Assembly (NCBI GenBank): GCA_011364975.1
Contig: RDOE01000025.1
Location: 1 to 39,969, forward strand
Reading direction: 5' to 3'
Origin: Promethearchaeota archaeon
GTDB taxonomy: Archaea > Asgardarchaeota > Lokiarchaeia > Sigyniarchaeales > SOKP01
Length of the DNA stretch: 39,969 nt
The notes under the pieces were generated by a model. It did no database searches, was not told the DNA's origin, and saw only the letters and a program-made list of their open reading frames with translations. Below are positions 28,389 to 38,186 of the stretch, in pieces; position 1 is the first letter of the stretch, and each line of letters opens with the position of its first letter. The position numbers and the translations under genes are program-made.

Positions 28389-31300
28389 TTATAAGCCTTC
28401 TTCTTCTAATAAGGAGTCTAAATCCGTTTTTTGTTCTTCCTCAGATTCTTCTTCCTCTTTTTGTTCTAGTTCCTCCTTTGGAGGACCTTTTTTGGGTAAT
28501 TCACTAACAGAAACATATTTCCCCCTTCTTGGTCTACGTTTTAACGGTATTTCAATAGGTGTTTCAATTTTCCTGATAATTCTTTTCCTATAGATCAGCA
28601 TTATTGCCCATGCGAGTAAAAAGATGCCTACCATAATCAAGATGAAAAATTGTAAAAGATATGTCTCTAAAGGTAAATCATATACTTCAAAGGTTGCAGA
28701 TTGTTCAAAAATATTAATTTCATTAGTTATCGGGTTTAATGATTCTATTGAAATGGTAAGTGTTATTTGTTCTATAGCTGGAACATCAATTTCTATTACT
28801 AACTCAGTAATATCTTCGGGAGCGAAGCGTTGTAGATCTAAATAATTTATTTCTGCGATAATGTATTCCGAATTTGGATTTGTTAAAACAGATATGTTAT
28901 TTACAATTAATTCAGAATCCCCTGAGTTAATTAAAATAACTTTTATTGGAGATTTTTTAACTTTGAAAATTTGTTCTACGTTAGATTGGATAGAAATTGT
29001 TATCTCATTTAATGCTTTAAATTGAGTTACAGTAATATTTTGAGCTTTTGAATTAATAAATTCATTTCCATTCCATATTAATCTGAATAGATATTCATCT
29101 TCGCTAAGAAGAGATAACGTATCTATCTCAAAATTAATAGTTCCATTTTCATTTGATATTTGATTTGATATATTATTCCATTTATTCTCATTATAGAGTT
29201 GAAGGGTAACATTCTCACTCGGTATTGAAATTCCGAATTCTGTTGTTAAATCTGAGCTCAGATTAAAAGATTGACCATATATCGGAGTTGTTGGGGAAGA
29301 TATGATGTTTGAGAAATTACTATTAAGTTTTAGTGAAAAACTACTGATAAATTCACCATAACTGCTTATATAATTCTTATCATAGATGTTTACAACAAAA
29401 GTAGTTTGTTCCGGTAAATATTGGCATTCATTTCTACTAAATGGTTTCAATAAAGAGGCTCCTGTTATCGTCGTATCATATTTAAGTGCTAAAATATACC
29501 CATCAAAATCATTTTGAGAACTATTAACTAAGAGGGAATAACCATCATTAACAAATGTTCCTACCTCAAAACTTTGTCCGCTATGTTCAAAATATATGAT
29601 TGCTCGGGTTTTTACTCCTCCTTTTCTTACTGGTGCATTCAATCCTTTCCATATACCGTCAGACTGAAGGGTAGGAATCTGTAATATTGTTGAGAACTCT
29701 TGAATGTGATTTCCATTAGGATCTACACTAGGTTTAATAACCTTAAGATCAGAAGTTTGTTCATCAATTATCCATTGATCATTTAGGAGTGACACTAGTT
29801 GTACTTTTACTTTCACATTAATATCTACAAAAGGATGAAGATTTTGAATTTCAAGGTTTATTTTGACATCCTCATCTGGATTGAGAACTGTTTCATTTTG
29901 TAGGAATGAATTTATTTGAATAGGAATTTTCTCCCCATTGATTTCATATATATATTCTTGATTAATTCCTGAATTATTAACCGCATAAAAGTCAGGATCA
30001 TACGCTCCACTGGTGACATTCACAGTGCCAATGAGAATGGAATAATTATTATATACTTTATCTACTATACCATCAAGCACATTTTTATCCAATAATGGTT
30101 CATAAAAACAACTGTTTAATTTGACATCATAATCATCAATATAGAGTTTTAATTTTTTACATCCAACTGCTGAACCATTTTCCCAGAAAAACGCAAGATA
30201 GTAATTTCCTAATAATTCCACATCTTCAGTTACATCTAATATAGATTGATTATTAAATTCAAAAACCAATGATGATTCCTTTATTTCGCTCAAACTAGTA
30301 CTTAATTCAGCTCCTGGATACTTTGTTTCATTATTGGGATAAAATAATACTACATTGGCATTTCCACCAATAGCAGGATCGCCATTAGGATTCTGAATAT
30401 CCACGCGTACGGAGATATTATCACCATACATAAAACCATTAGTTTCCCATAACTTATTATTATAATTAATGTAGCTATGCATTTGATGGATTAGATTGGT
30501 ACTCGTTAAACTTAAGGAATAAAATCCGCTAAGGCCATTTATTATCTCTTTAGATACATTAGTATATTCATAAACAGGGTTTCCAGGTAATTTATTTTCA
30601 CTTCCAGTCGCATTATAAACATAATCGTAAATATCTACATAATTAGGATTTGTAAGATTTGTTGCGGAATAATCATTTGGATATATTACCCATAATTCCT
30701 GAAATTCCCAATTATCTAAATTAGGATCGTTCAAATCGAGAGTAAAATTTAACTGCCATCTTGGAGTGTTATCGTATGAGACATTATAATAACTATTAGC
30801 ATTTTCAATCCAATATGCTTTTGCGATATAAGATATATTAAAATAAAATCCTTTAATATATGTATTATTCCAGTTAAGGGCTATTTCGAAATTATTAGGA
30901 GGAATACTTGTAATTGGTGTTGTAAAATTATAAATCCATTGCCCTAAACCCCAAGTGAGGGAAGAACTCTGAGCATAAGGTGCTATACTAATAATGCGAT
31001 TTTTTATCGGTAGATTTTGAATTCTTAAAGTATCACTATTATTATAGGGATTTATAAAATCAGAAGGCATATAACCGCGAGTTACATTTAGTTTAAAAGA
31101 AGCAGCATCAAGTTGACCGGAAGTATAGGCTCCAGTAACTGTTTTCCTAGCGACATTCCAAGAAGTTCCATTATTTAGAGTAGTTCTTAATTGATGATCA
31201 ATTCGAATGTCAGGATCTCCATAAGATGCTCGAGGAATTGATACCAAACTATGATAACTTTTAGATTGATTTGAATTAATCACAATAAAATAATTATAAA

Positions 31301-32528
31301 GTGGTGACTTTTGAGTATTTGATATGTTAAATGAGAAGTAAGTTAAAGAATCATTATGATAATCATTATATTTTATTATAAAGGAATCAATCTTTTTTGA
31401 AATATCTGGTCGTAGGTTAACTAACGCTAAATTAGTTTCGGTTCTTTGAATTGTAGAGTTTGCTTGGTAAAGAGTCACATATAATTCAGTATTTTGAGCT
31501 CCGGTCAAATTTAGGGTTCTAATCCAAGCATAAAAACCATTGATGGTTGAGCTTTCTCCTTTAAGATCAAACTCTAACGCAACATAGCTAGTATTTGTAA
31601 TTGGTAGGTCAAAAGCATAAGTAGCGGTTAAATGATATTCCCTTAATGTCAAAGTGAACTGCGAACTCTGAAGCCCAGTAAAGAAAAATTGAATATTGCA
31701 TATATTTGATGAATTTATATATTTCAAATTTTGATTAATTAATTTTTTCTCAAGGTTGTGAGTGCTTATAGAACTATTGAAAAACATTGGATTAGTAATA
31801 TTTATCCAAGCGGAATTAGAACTATCAAAAACACGAAGAGTAAGATAAGCACTTTTAGTAATGCTAAATTGATATGTTGAGATTAGTCCTAAAATAAAGT
31901 TTCTGTTGAAATTGAGACTTAGCGGTGAAAAGGATGTACTGGCAAAGCTAGATGAAATATTGAAGCTCAGGAGCCCATTTATATTCGAAAGAAACCGAAT
32001 ATATGTAGCAGGATTATTATCTACTAATTTAGATAAGTCTGGTGGAGGTGGAGTGTCTAAAATAGTTCCAATCTTAGCATTTATTGTTGAGGCGCCAGTG
32101 TTATAGTTGAATTTTATAAAATCACTTGTATCTAAAGCATTTGTATTCTCTATTATGTAATCTGTGGTATAATTATTTTGAAAAGTGAAATTAAAATTAC
32201 CATATGAGAGATAACTTGTATCTGCAGCTGACATGGAAGGAATTTCGAAACTTCCCTGATTATTCAAGGAGGATGAAGTATTTTCCCCATAAATTCTTAC
32301 ATCTTGCTGGTTACCTGATCCAGTAATATAATAATCTGATAAATAAGAATCAGAACTTAATGGTGTTTTATTATCAGATAGTAAATTAGTTTGAAAATTA
32401 TTTGAACCACTATAATTAAAAACTTCAAAAATTAGACTATTTGCTAAAAGAATAGAAATTAGAAAAATACTTGTCAATAAAATTCTTTTAACATTCCTTT
32501 CTCCTCGAATCAAATAAAACAACCGCAA
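28389..32528 (-). CDS. very large type-I membrane surface glycoprotein (1379 aa)
   Basis: N-terminal hydrophobic signal segment, Asn/Ser/Thr-rich beta-type ectodomain with many N-x-S/T sequons, one C-terminal TM helix, then a basic and acidic tail. Confidence 0.8.
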   Translation of the reverse strand: MRLFYLIRGERNVKRILLTSIFLISILLANSLIFEVFNYSGSNNFQTNLLSDNKTPLSSDSYLSDYYITGSGNQQDVRIYGENTSSSLNNQGSFEIPSMSAADTSYLSYGNFNFTFQNNYTTDYIIENTNALDTSDFIKFNYNTGASTINAKIGTILDTPPPPDLSKLVDNNPATYIRFLSNINGLLSFNISSSFASTSFSPLSLNFNRNFILGLISTYQFSITKSAYLTLRVFDSSNSAWINITNPMFFNSSISTHNLEKKLINQNLKYINSSNICNIQFFFTGLQSSQFTLTLREYHLTATYAFDLPITNTSYVALEFDLKGESSTINGFYAWIRTLNLTGAQNTELYVTLYQANSTIQRTETNLALVNLRPDISKKIDSFIIKYNDYHNDSLTYFSFNISNTQKSPLYNYFIVINSNQSKSYHSLVSIPRASYGDPDIRIDHQLRTTLNNGTSWNVARKTVTGAYTSGQLDAASFKLNVTRGYMPSDFINPYNNSDTLRIQNLPIKNRIISIAPYAQSSSLTWGLGQWIYNFTTPITSIPPNNFEIALNWNNTYIKGFYFNISYIAKAYWIENANSYYNVSYDNTPRWQLNFTLDLNDPNLDNWEFQELWVIYPNDYSATNLTNPNYVDIYDYVYNATGSENKLPGNPVYEYTNVSKEIINGLSGFYSLSLTSTNLIHQMHSYINYNNKLWETNGFMYGDNISVRVDIQNPNGDPAIGGNANVVLFYPNNETKYPGAELSTSLSEIKESSLVFEFNNQSILDVTEDVELLGNYYLAFFWENGSAVGCKKLKLYIDDYDVKLNSCFYEPLLDKNVLDGIVDKVYNNYSILIGTVNVTSGAYDPDFYAVNNSGINQEYIYEINGEKIPIQINSFLQNETVLNPDEDVKINLEIQNLHPFVDINVKVKVQLVSLLNDQWIIDEQTSDLKVIKPSVDPNGNHIQEFSTILQIPTLQSDGIWKGLNAPVRKGGVKTRAIIYFEHSGQSFEVGTFVNDGYSLLVNSSQNDFDGYILALKYDTTITGASLLKPFSRNECQYLPEQTTFVVNIYDKNYISSYGEFISSFSLKLNSNFSNIISSPTTPIYGQSFNLSSDLTTEFGISIPSENVTLQLYNENKWNNISNQISNENGTINFEIDTLSLLSEDEYLFRLIWNGNEFINSKAQNITVTQFKALNEITISIQSNVEQIFKVKKSPIKVILINSGDSELIVNNISVLTNPNSEYIIAEINYLDLQRFAPEDITELVIEIDVPAIEQITLTISIESLNPITNEINIFEQSATFEVYDLPLETYLLQFFILIMVGIFLLAWAIMLIYRKRIIRKIETPIEIPLKRRPRRGKYVSVSELPKKGPPKEELEQKEEEESEEEQKTDLDSLLEEEGL

Positions 32529-32611
32529 TTATGACATTTTTTTAGTTATAAAATAATTTAAGAATATTAAAATTTCCTAATTTATAATAAATTTACCTAA
32601 GAGAATACCAA

Positions 32612-34039
32612 ATGACAAAATATTATAAATCTTCAATTCATTCTTTCTACCCAGATATACAAAAAACATCCATCACAAAAATAATGAGCGAAGACTTAAT
32701 TCGTAAAGAAATTGAAACAAATAAGAATGAGTATATAGAATTCTTAAGGCGTCTAATCCAAACTGAATCTTATAATCCTCCCGGAAATGAAAAAAATGTA
32801 GCAATAGTTATTGAGGATTATTTAAAAAACCAAAATATTAATTTTGAGGTATTTCCATTTGAAGAAAATCGAGCAAATGTTCTTATTTATCTGAAAAGTA
32901 AGTTTAATGATAAAAATCTTTTATATAATGCTCATATGGATGTAGTTCCTCCGGGAAATGAGGAAGACTGGAAATACCCTCCTCTATCTGCCTATCTTAA
33001 AAGAAAAAAGCTAATTTTTGGAAGAGGTTCTTCAGACATGAAGGCTGCTTTAGCTGCAATGGTAATAAGTCTAAAAATTTTAAAAAAGTTGAATTTAAAA
33101 TTATCAGGTAATTTAATAGTAAATGCTGTTGCTGATGAAGAAACAGGAGGAAAATTAGGGACGAAGTGGTGTTTAGAAAACGTCTTAAAAACTAAAAATA
33201 TAAAATCTAACTTTATTATTGTAGGCGAGCCAAGTGGCTTAGCACCATTACCAAAAGCGATAATCATTGGAGAGAAAGGACATCTCTTATTAAAAATAAT
33301 TACCCATGGCAAATCTGCTCATTCCATGGTTCCAGATATGGGGATTAATGCAATATACATGATGAGTAAGATTATAGAAAATTTAAGTTCTCTTGATAAT
33401 TTTATTCCTAATATCGAACCACCTTTCTCTTTAATTGAATTAAAAAATTTGGTAAGTTCAGCATTTCCTAGTAATGAGATTTTCGAGAAGATATTCGATG
33501 AACAACCTTTACTACAAAACTTTTTAGCTTCACTTACGAAATTCACAAAAAGTTTAAATGTTATAAATGGCGGTATTAAAGGAAATATAATTCCTGACCA
33601 TTGTGAAGCAATTATGGACTTTAGACTTTTACCAGGACAAAGTTCTAAAATCATTTTAGAGGGGCTAAAAAAATTGATTACACATATTGGATTTAAGGTA
33701 AAGGAACTTTCAGAAGATATTGATATTGATAGTTTTGTAAGTATTGAAGTTTATGAGGAAGGTGCTGCCTCGGTTTGGAAAGATTATGAAAATTCAGATG
33801 AAATTAAAGAATTTAAAAAAATAGTTGAAGATATCTATGGTAAAAAATCATTTTTTGCTCTTGCACCAGGGTCCACTGATTCTCATTATTATCGTAATAG
33901 TGGTTATTGTCTCAAAACGATTCATTTTGGACCAGGAAAAGCAGCTGATATGCATGCCATAAATGAAAGTATAGAGATTGAAGACTTTCTCAATTCAATT
34001 TTAGTATATACCTTATTTGCTTATCAATTTTTAAAATAA
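32612..34039 (+). CDS. M20 family metallopeptidase/deacylase (ArgE/DapE-like)
   Basis: AHMDVV, GRGSSDMK, ADEE, GEPS, GKSAHS, GSTD, HAINE. The start may be the ATG at 32684. Confidence 0.92.
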   Translation: MTKYYKSSIHSFYPDIQKTSITKIMSEDLIRKEIETNKNEYIEFLRRLIQTESYNPPGNEKNVAIVIEDYLKNQNINFEVFPFEENRANVLIYLKSKFNDKNLLYNAHMDVVPPGNEEDWKYPPLSAYLKRKKLIFGRGSSDMKAALAAMVISLKILKKLNLKLSGNLIVNAVADEETGGKLGTKWCLENVLKTKNIKSNFIIVGEPSGLAPLPKAIIIGEKGHLLLKIITHGKSAHSMVPDMGINAIYMMSKIIENLSSLDNFIPNIEPPFSLIELKNLVSSAFPSNEIFEKIFDEQPLLQNFLASLTKFTKSLNVINGGIKGNIIPDHCEAIMDFRLLPGQSSKIILEGLKKLITHIGFKVKELSEDIDIDSFVSIEVYEEGAASVWKDYENSDEIKEFKKIVEDIYGKKSFFALAPGSTDSHYYRNSGYCLKTIHFGPGKAADMHAINESIEIEDFLNSILVYTLFAYQFLK

Positions 34040-34136
34040 GCAAATACAATTTTATTTTGATTAGAAAAAAGAAATTTATATAAAAGTTAATGCTTATTAT
34101 AGGCTTAAAGTTGTTCAAGAATAAATTGAAGAAAAA

Positions 34137-35315
34137 GTGCCCGATACCAAAACCGAAGATACCGTTATTTTAATTGATAGCTCCCGATCAATGTTAAGGA
34201 AAGATTTTAAGCCCAATCGATTATACACTGCACTTCAACTTATAAAAAGTTTTATTCATGAAAAATTTATTATAGATCCAACAGATCGCATCTCATTAGT
34301 TTCATTTGGAGATAATGCGAACAAGCTGATGAACTTTTCATATGAAGTAGAGAAACTTATTAATTCTCTTGAAAAAATCCAAATTTCTGGAAGAGGCAAT
34401 ATCCATGATGGAATTGCCTTTTCTCTTCAAATATTAGTTGAGGAGATGAGAAAACTTGGTGGAAAAGTTCATCGAATATTTATTATTTCAGATAATAAAA
34501 TTTTGAAAGATCCTAGGATTGAGAAATTAATCAATATATCAAAAGGTTTAGGAATTTATGTCGATGTATGTCAATTAGGCACAGAAGGAAATTATTCAAC
34601 TCCTTCACTAAAATTGATTGCAACATCTACCAAAGGACAATTTGAGTATCTCAATAATTCTAAAGATTCATCAAATATAGGAAAATGGTTTGCTTCGAAG
34701 AAGGAATTTAAAGATTCTATTGATTACTTTTCATCTAAAAAAACAAATGATATTGCTCCATTAATAAGTGAAATTGCTTTACCCTTAAGAAGACCTAGTG
34801 TATTAGATATTAGATTAATGATGAGTAGACAAGAAAAAGGTCAAGATAAATGCCAGATATGTCATTCAATTAAAGCTCCCTTGACCCAAAACGATTTTTA
34901 TTCTGAAGGACGTTATTGTCCTTCCTGTGATCGCCCTATGCATCTTTCTTGTGCATCAATGTGGGCGAAAAAGTCAGAATATAGGGAAAATATATTCCGA
35001 TGCCCATTTTGTTATTTTTTACTGGAGCTACCCCAATCTGCTGGAATGCTACTAGATGAAAAAACGGAATCTGAACCAAAAGTACGAATTATTGGAGAGG
35101 GGAATAATAATATAACACGAATGCTCTTGGTTAAAAATGAAAAAGTTAAAGAAATTGACGCTTCTTGTACCTATTGCCACGGAATCTTTTTAGGAGATTA
35201 TAAGGTTTATCAATGTGAGAATTGTAAAGTCTTTTATCACGAACCATGTTTAAATAAAATGCATGATGAAATAAGAGCTTGCAGAAATTGTGGCGCAAAA
35301 CTAGTTTTTGAGTGA
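34137..35315 (+). CDS. vWA domain + two C4HC3 RING/PHD-type zinc fingers (Ssl1/TFIIH p44-like architecture)
   Basis: ILIDSSRSMLRKDFKPNRL (DxSxS MIDAS), IFIISD; CQIC..CPSC..HLSC..CPFC and CTYC..CENC..HEPC..CRNC. Confidence 0.8.
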   Translation: MPDTKTEDTVILIDSSRSMLRKDFKPNRLYTALQLIKSFIHEKFIIDPTDRISLVSFGDNANKLMNFSYEVEKLINSLEKIQISGRGNIHDGIAFSLQILVEEMRKLGGKVHRIFIISDNKILKDPRIEKLINISKGLGIYVDVCQLGTEGNYSTPSLKLIATSTKGQFEYLNNSKDSSNIGKWFASKKEFKDSIDYFSSKKTNDIAPLISEIALPLRRPSVLDIRLMMSRQEKGQDKCQICHSIKAPLTQNDFYSEGRYCPSCDRPMHLSCASMWAKKSEYRENIFRCPFCYFLLELPQSAGMLLDEKTESEPKVRIIGEGNNNITRMLLVKNEKVKEIDASCTYCHGIFLGDYKVYQCENCKVFYHEPCLNKMHDEIRACRNCGAKLVFE

Positions 35316-35401
35316 AATTCTATTGCTTTTTCTTCAATGAAATAAAAATATTTAAACAAACCTTCGTTTTATATCAAAAAGAGTAAAACGAGGTAATTCA
35401 T

Positions 35402-37450
35402 TTGTCAAAAGCCAATAAAGAAAAATGGGTGGTCACAAGTGCGTGGCCTTATGTGAATGCCGTACCTCATCTCGGCAACTTAATTGGAAGCACTTTATCT
35501 GCAGATGTATTTGCTCGATATTTAAGAATGAAAGGTGATGAAGTTGTTTTTGTATCGGGATCTGACTCTCATGGAACCCCGGTTGCAGTAGAAGCAAAGA
35601 AGATTGGCATTTCTACTGAGGAATTAGCTCTTAAAAATCATCAGATTATTAAAGATCTACATCAAAAATGGAAGATTTCTTTTGATAATTATACTATTAC
35701 CCATAACCCTACTCACATCAAATTTGTGCAAAATTTTTATTTAGATATTCAAAAAAATGGCTATATTACCGAACAAGAGATTGAATCATTATATTGTGAA
35801 AACGATAAATTGTTTTTACCAGATAGGTTCGTTGAAGGTACATGTCCCTTTTGTAAAGAGGAAGCTGCAAGAGGAGACCAATGTGATAAGTGTCAAAAAC
35901 TATTAACCCCATTAGAATTGATAAATCCCCATTGTGCTATATGTGGAAAATCACCCACAATTAAGAAAACTAAACATTGGTATTTGGATTTTCCTAAATT
36001 GGAGAAAGAATTAAAAGAATTAATAGAAAAAAATGATATAATTCCCCAAAATGCTAAACAAATGTGTTTAAATAGTATCGAAGAAGGCTTACCTGAGAGA
36101 TCAATAACAAGGGATTTGGATTGGGGTATTCCCGCAAAATTTAAAGGGGCTGAGAATAAAACCATTTATGTGTGGTTTGAAGCAGTTTTAGGTTATATAT
36201 CAGCCGTAAAAGAATGGGCAGAAAAAATTGCTAAGGATGCAACATTGTTTGATTACTTTTGGAAAGATCCAAAAACAAAAACGGTATATTTCATTGGTAA
36301 GGATAATATAATATTTCACCTTATAGTTTTTCCAGGATTAATCTTAGCTTATAATAAAGACAAAAAGGATGGAGAGAAGTTAGTTCTTCCTTATAATGTC
36401 TCATCAACAGAATTTTTAATGTATGAAAATGATAAATTTTCAAAATCACACGGTATTGGTATTTGGATTGATGATGCCTTAAAGTTAGCTTCTGTTGACT
36501 ATTGGCGATTTAGCCTTATCTTCAATCGCCCTGAAACTAGTGATACATCTTTCTTATGGTCTGAATTTGAAAATAACGTAAAAACACTTAATGATAATAT
36601 TGGAAATTTTATCCATAGAACACTTACGTTTTTAAATAGGCAATATAACGGGATAATCCCCAAAAAACTCAAATATGATGCTATAGATCAGAGGTTTATA
36701 GATAAGATAAATAATATTAGTAATATTATCGGAGAAAGTATTGAAACATTCAAATTGAGAAAAGCCTTACGAGATATTGTGGATTTTGCTAAAGAAGGAA
36801 ATGTCTATTTAAATGAAAAAGCCCCATGGCATTTAATTAAAAAAGATAAGGCTGCTGCAGGACATGTATTTAATATTTGTTCTCAAGCTGTTTATGCATT
36901 AGCAGTATTATTGGCACCATTTATTCCAGATACTTCAGAAAAAATACTATTTTATTTAAATCAACCAAAATTAAGTACAATTGAATGGAATAGTATAAAG
37001 GAAAATTCAATAAAAGAAGGTACAAAAATCAAAAAACCAGAACCTCTATTTGAAAAACTAGACATTGAAGAAATAAAAGAAAACTTAAATGAATTAATTA
37101 AGAATAAAATTAAGGAAGGAGGAAAAGAATTGGTTTCTTATGAAGATTTTAAAAAATTAGATATTAGGATCGCATTAATTGAGAATGTGGAAAAAGTACC
37201 CAAAGCAGACAAGCTTTATAAAATGGCAATTGATTTAGGTTCTGAGAAACGAACATTAGTTGCAGGGTTGGCAGAACATTATAAAATAGACGATTTAAAA
37301 GGGAAAAAGATTGTAATCTTAGCCAATTTAGAACCAAGAAAGCTGAAAGGTATAACAAGCCAGGGTATGTTACTTGCTGCTGTTGAAGGTGATAAAGTGT
37401 CAATCTTATCACCAGATAAGGATATTCCTCTCGGAGCGAAAATTGAATAA
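35402..37450 (+). CDS. metG: methionine--tRNA ligase with C-terminal tRNA-binding OB domain
   Basis: VTSAWPYVN, HLGN (HIGH), DSHG, Zn knuckles, RDLDWG, YVWFEA, GKDN, KFSKS, LANLEPRKLKGITSQGMLLA. Confidence 0.97.
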   Translation: MSKANKEKWVVTSAWPYVNAVPHLGNLIGSTLSADVFARYLRMKGDEVVFVSGSDSHGTPVAVEAKKIGISTEELALKNHQIIKDLHQKWKISFDNYTITHNPTHIKFVQNFYLDIQKNGYITEQEIESLYCENDKLFLPDRFVEGTCPFCKEEAARGDQCDKCQKLLTPLELINPHCAICGKSPTIKKTKHWYLDFPKLEKELKELIEKNDIIPQNAKQMCLNSIEEGLPERSITRDLDWGIPAKFKGAENKTIYVWFEAVLGYISAVKEWAEKIAKDATLFDYFWKDPKTKTVYFIGKDNIIFHLIVFPGLILAYNKDKKDGEKLVLPYNVSSTEFLMYENDKFSKSHGIGIWIDDALKLASVDYWRFSLIFNRPETSDTSFLWSEFENNVKTLNDNIGNFIHRTLTFLNRQYNGIIPKKLKYDAIDQRFIDKINNISNIIGESIETFKLRKALRDIVDFAKEGNVYLNEKAPWHLIKKDKAAAGHVFNICSQAVYALAVLLAPFIPDTSEKILFYLNQPKLSTIEWNSIKENSIKEGTKIKKPEPLFEKLDIEEIKENLNELIKNKIKEGGKELVSYEDFKKLDIRIALIENVEKVPKADKLYKMAIDLGSEKRTLVAGLAEHYKIDDLKGKKIVILANLEPRKLKGITSQGMLLAAVEGDKVSILSPDKDIPLGAKIE

Positions 37451-37495
37451 TTTATAATCTTTTACAAAATATATTATATATAGAATGTTATTCTA

Positions 37496-38182
37496 TTGTT
37501 CAAAACTATAAAATATATTAATCAAAGTAGAGATAACTTTTCAATGAGTAGCGAGAATGATGGAGTATTATATGATTCCGCCAAAAGTATAAAAAAGGAA
37601 GGCAATTTTGAAGGTTCTATAATTACACGTTGTGTAGATGAATTTAATTCAGTTATTTTTTCGGATAATATAAAAATTTCTGATTCTGAAGGAATTTCTA
37701 TAAATAATGCCCTACAAGTAGGTTTTAAGTTAATATATAATAAAAAGAATGCTTTTTCTGAAAAAATAGGCACCTTAATTATTGAGGACTTTTCTACTGT
37801 GGAATACGTGATAAAAATTCCATATGAAATAATGACTCTCTTCGATGAAGGTCAATTTTCTGAGGCTTTTCCGTTTACTATAAGGTTACTTCATACCGCA
37901 GGATTATATTTTGATGATTATGAACATGGGATTAATCATTTGGATTTTTTCAAAGGAGAAATTCTAAAAAACCCAATCTCCATAATAATGAATGGTATAA
38001 TTTTGGCAGATAGAGTAGTTATTAATGAAACGGGTGATCCCGTATTTTATGATTGTTTAATCATAGGAAGAAATGAAAAAGAAAATCTATCCGTATCCTA
38101 TGAGCCTTTAATGAATGTAAAGAAATTATTTGCGAGTGTACAATATATCATTATCTTAGGAATTGAAGAATTAAAGATATAA
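37496..38182 (+). CDS. hypothetical protein
   Basis: 228 aa open frame co-oriented between metG and the ATPase. The likely start is the ATG at 37544. Confidence 0.65.
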   Translation: MFKTIKYINQSRDNFSMSSENDGVLYDSAKSIKKEGNFEGSIITRCVDEFNSVIFSDNIKISDSEGISINNALQVGFKLIYNKKNAFSEKIGTLIIEDFSTVEYVIKIPYEIMTLFDEGQFSEAFPFTIRLLHTAGLYFDDYEHGINHLDFFKGEILKNPISIIMNGIILADRVVINETGDPVFYDCLIIGRNEKENLSVSYEPLMNVKKLFASVQYIIILGIEELKI

Positions 38183-38186
38183 TTAA

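Noticed and set aside
550-37773. Short ORFs in the track nested in or antisense to long genes (e.g. 550-750, 941-1201, 2481-2789, 4244-4540, 9250-9564, 12195-12449, 28384-28593, 32992-33654, 35893-36165, 37164-37412)
   Set aside because: Shadow frames of well-supported genes with no recognisable motifs.
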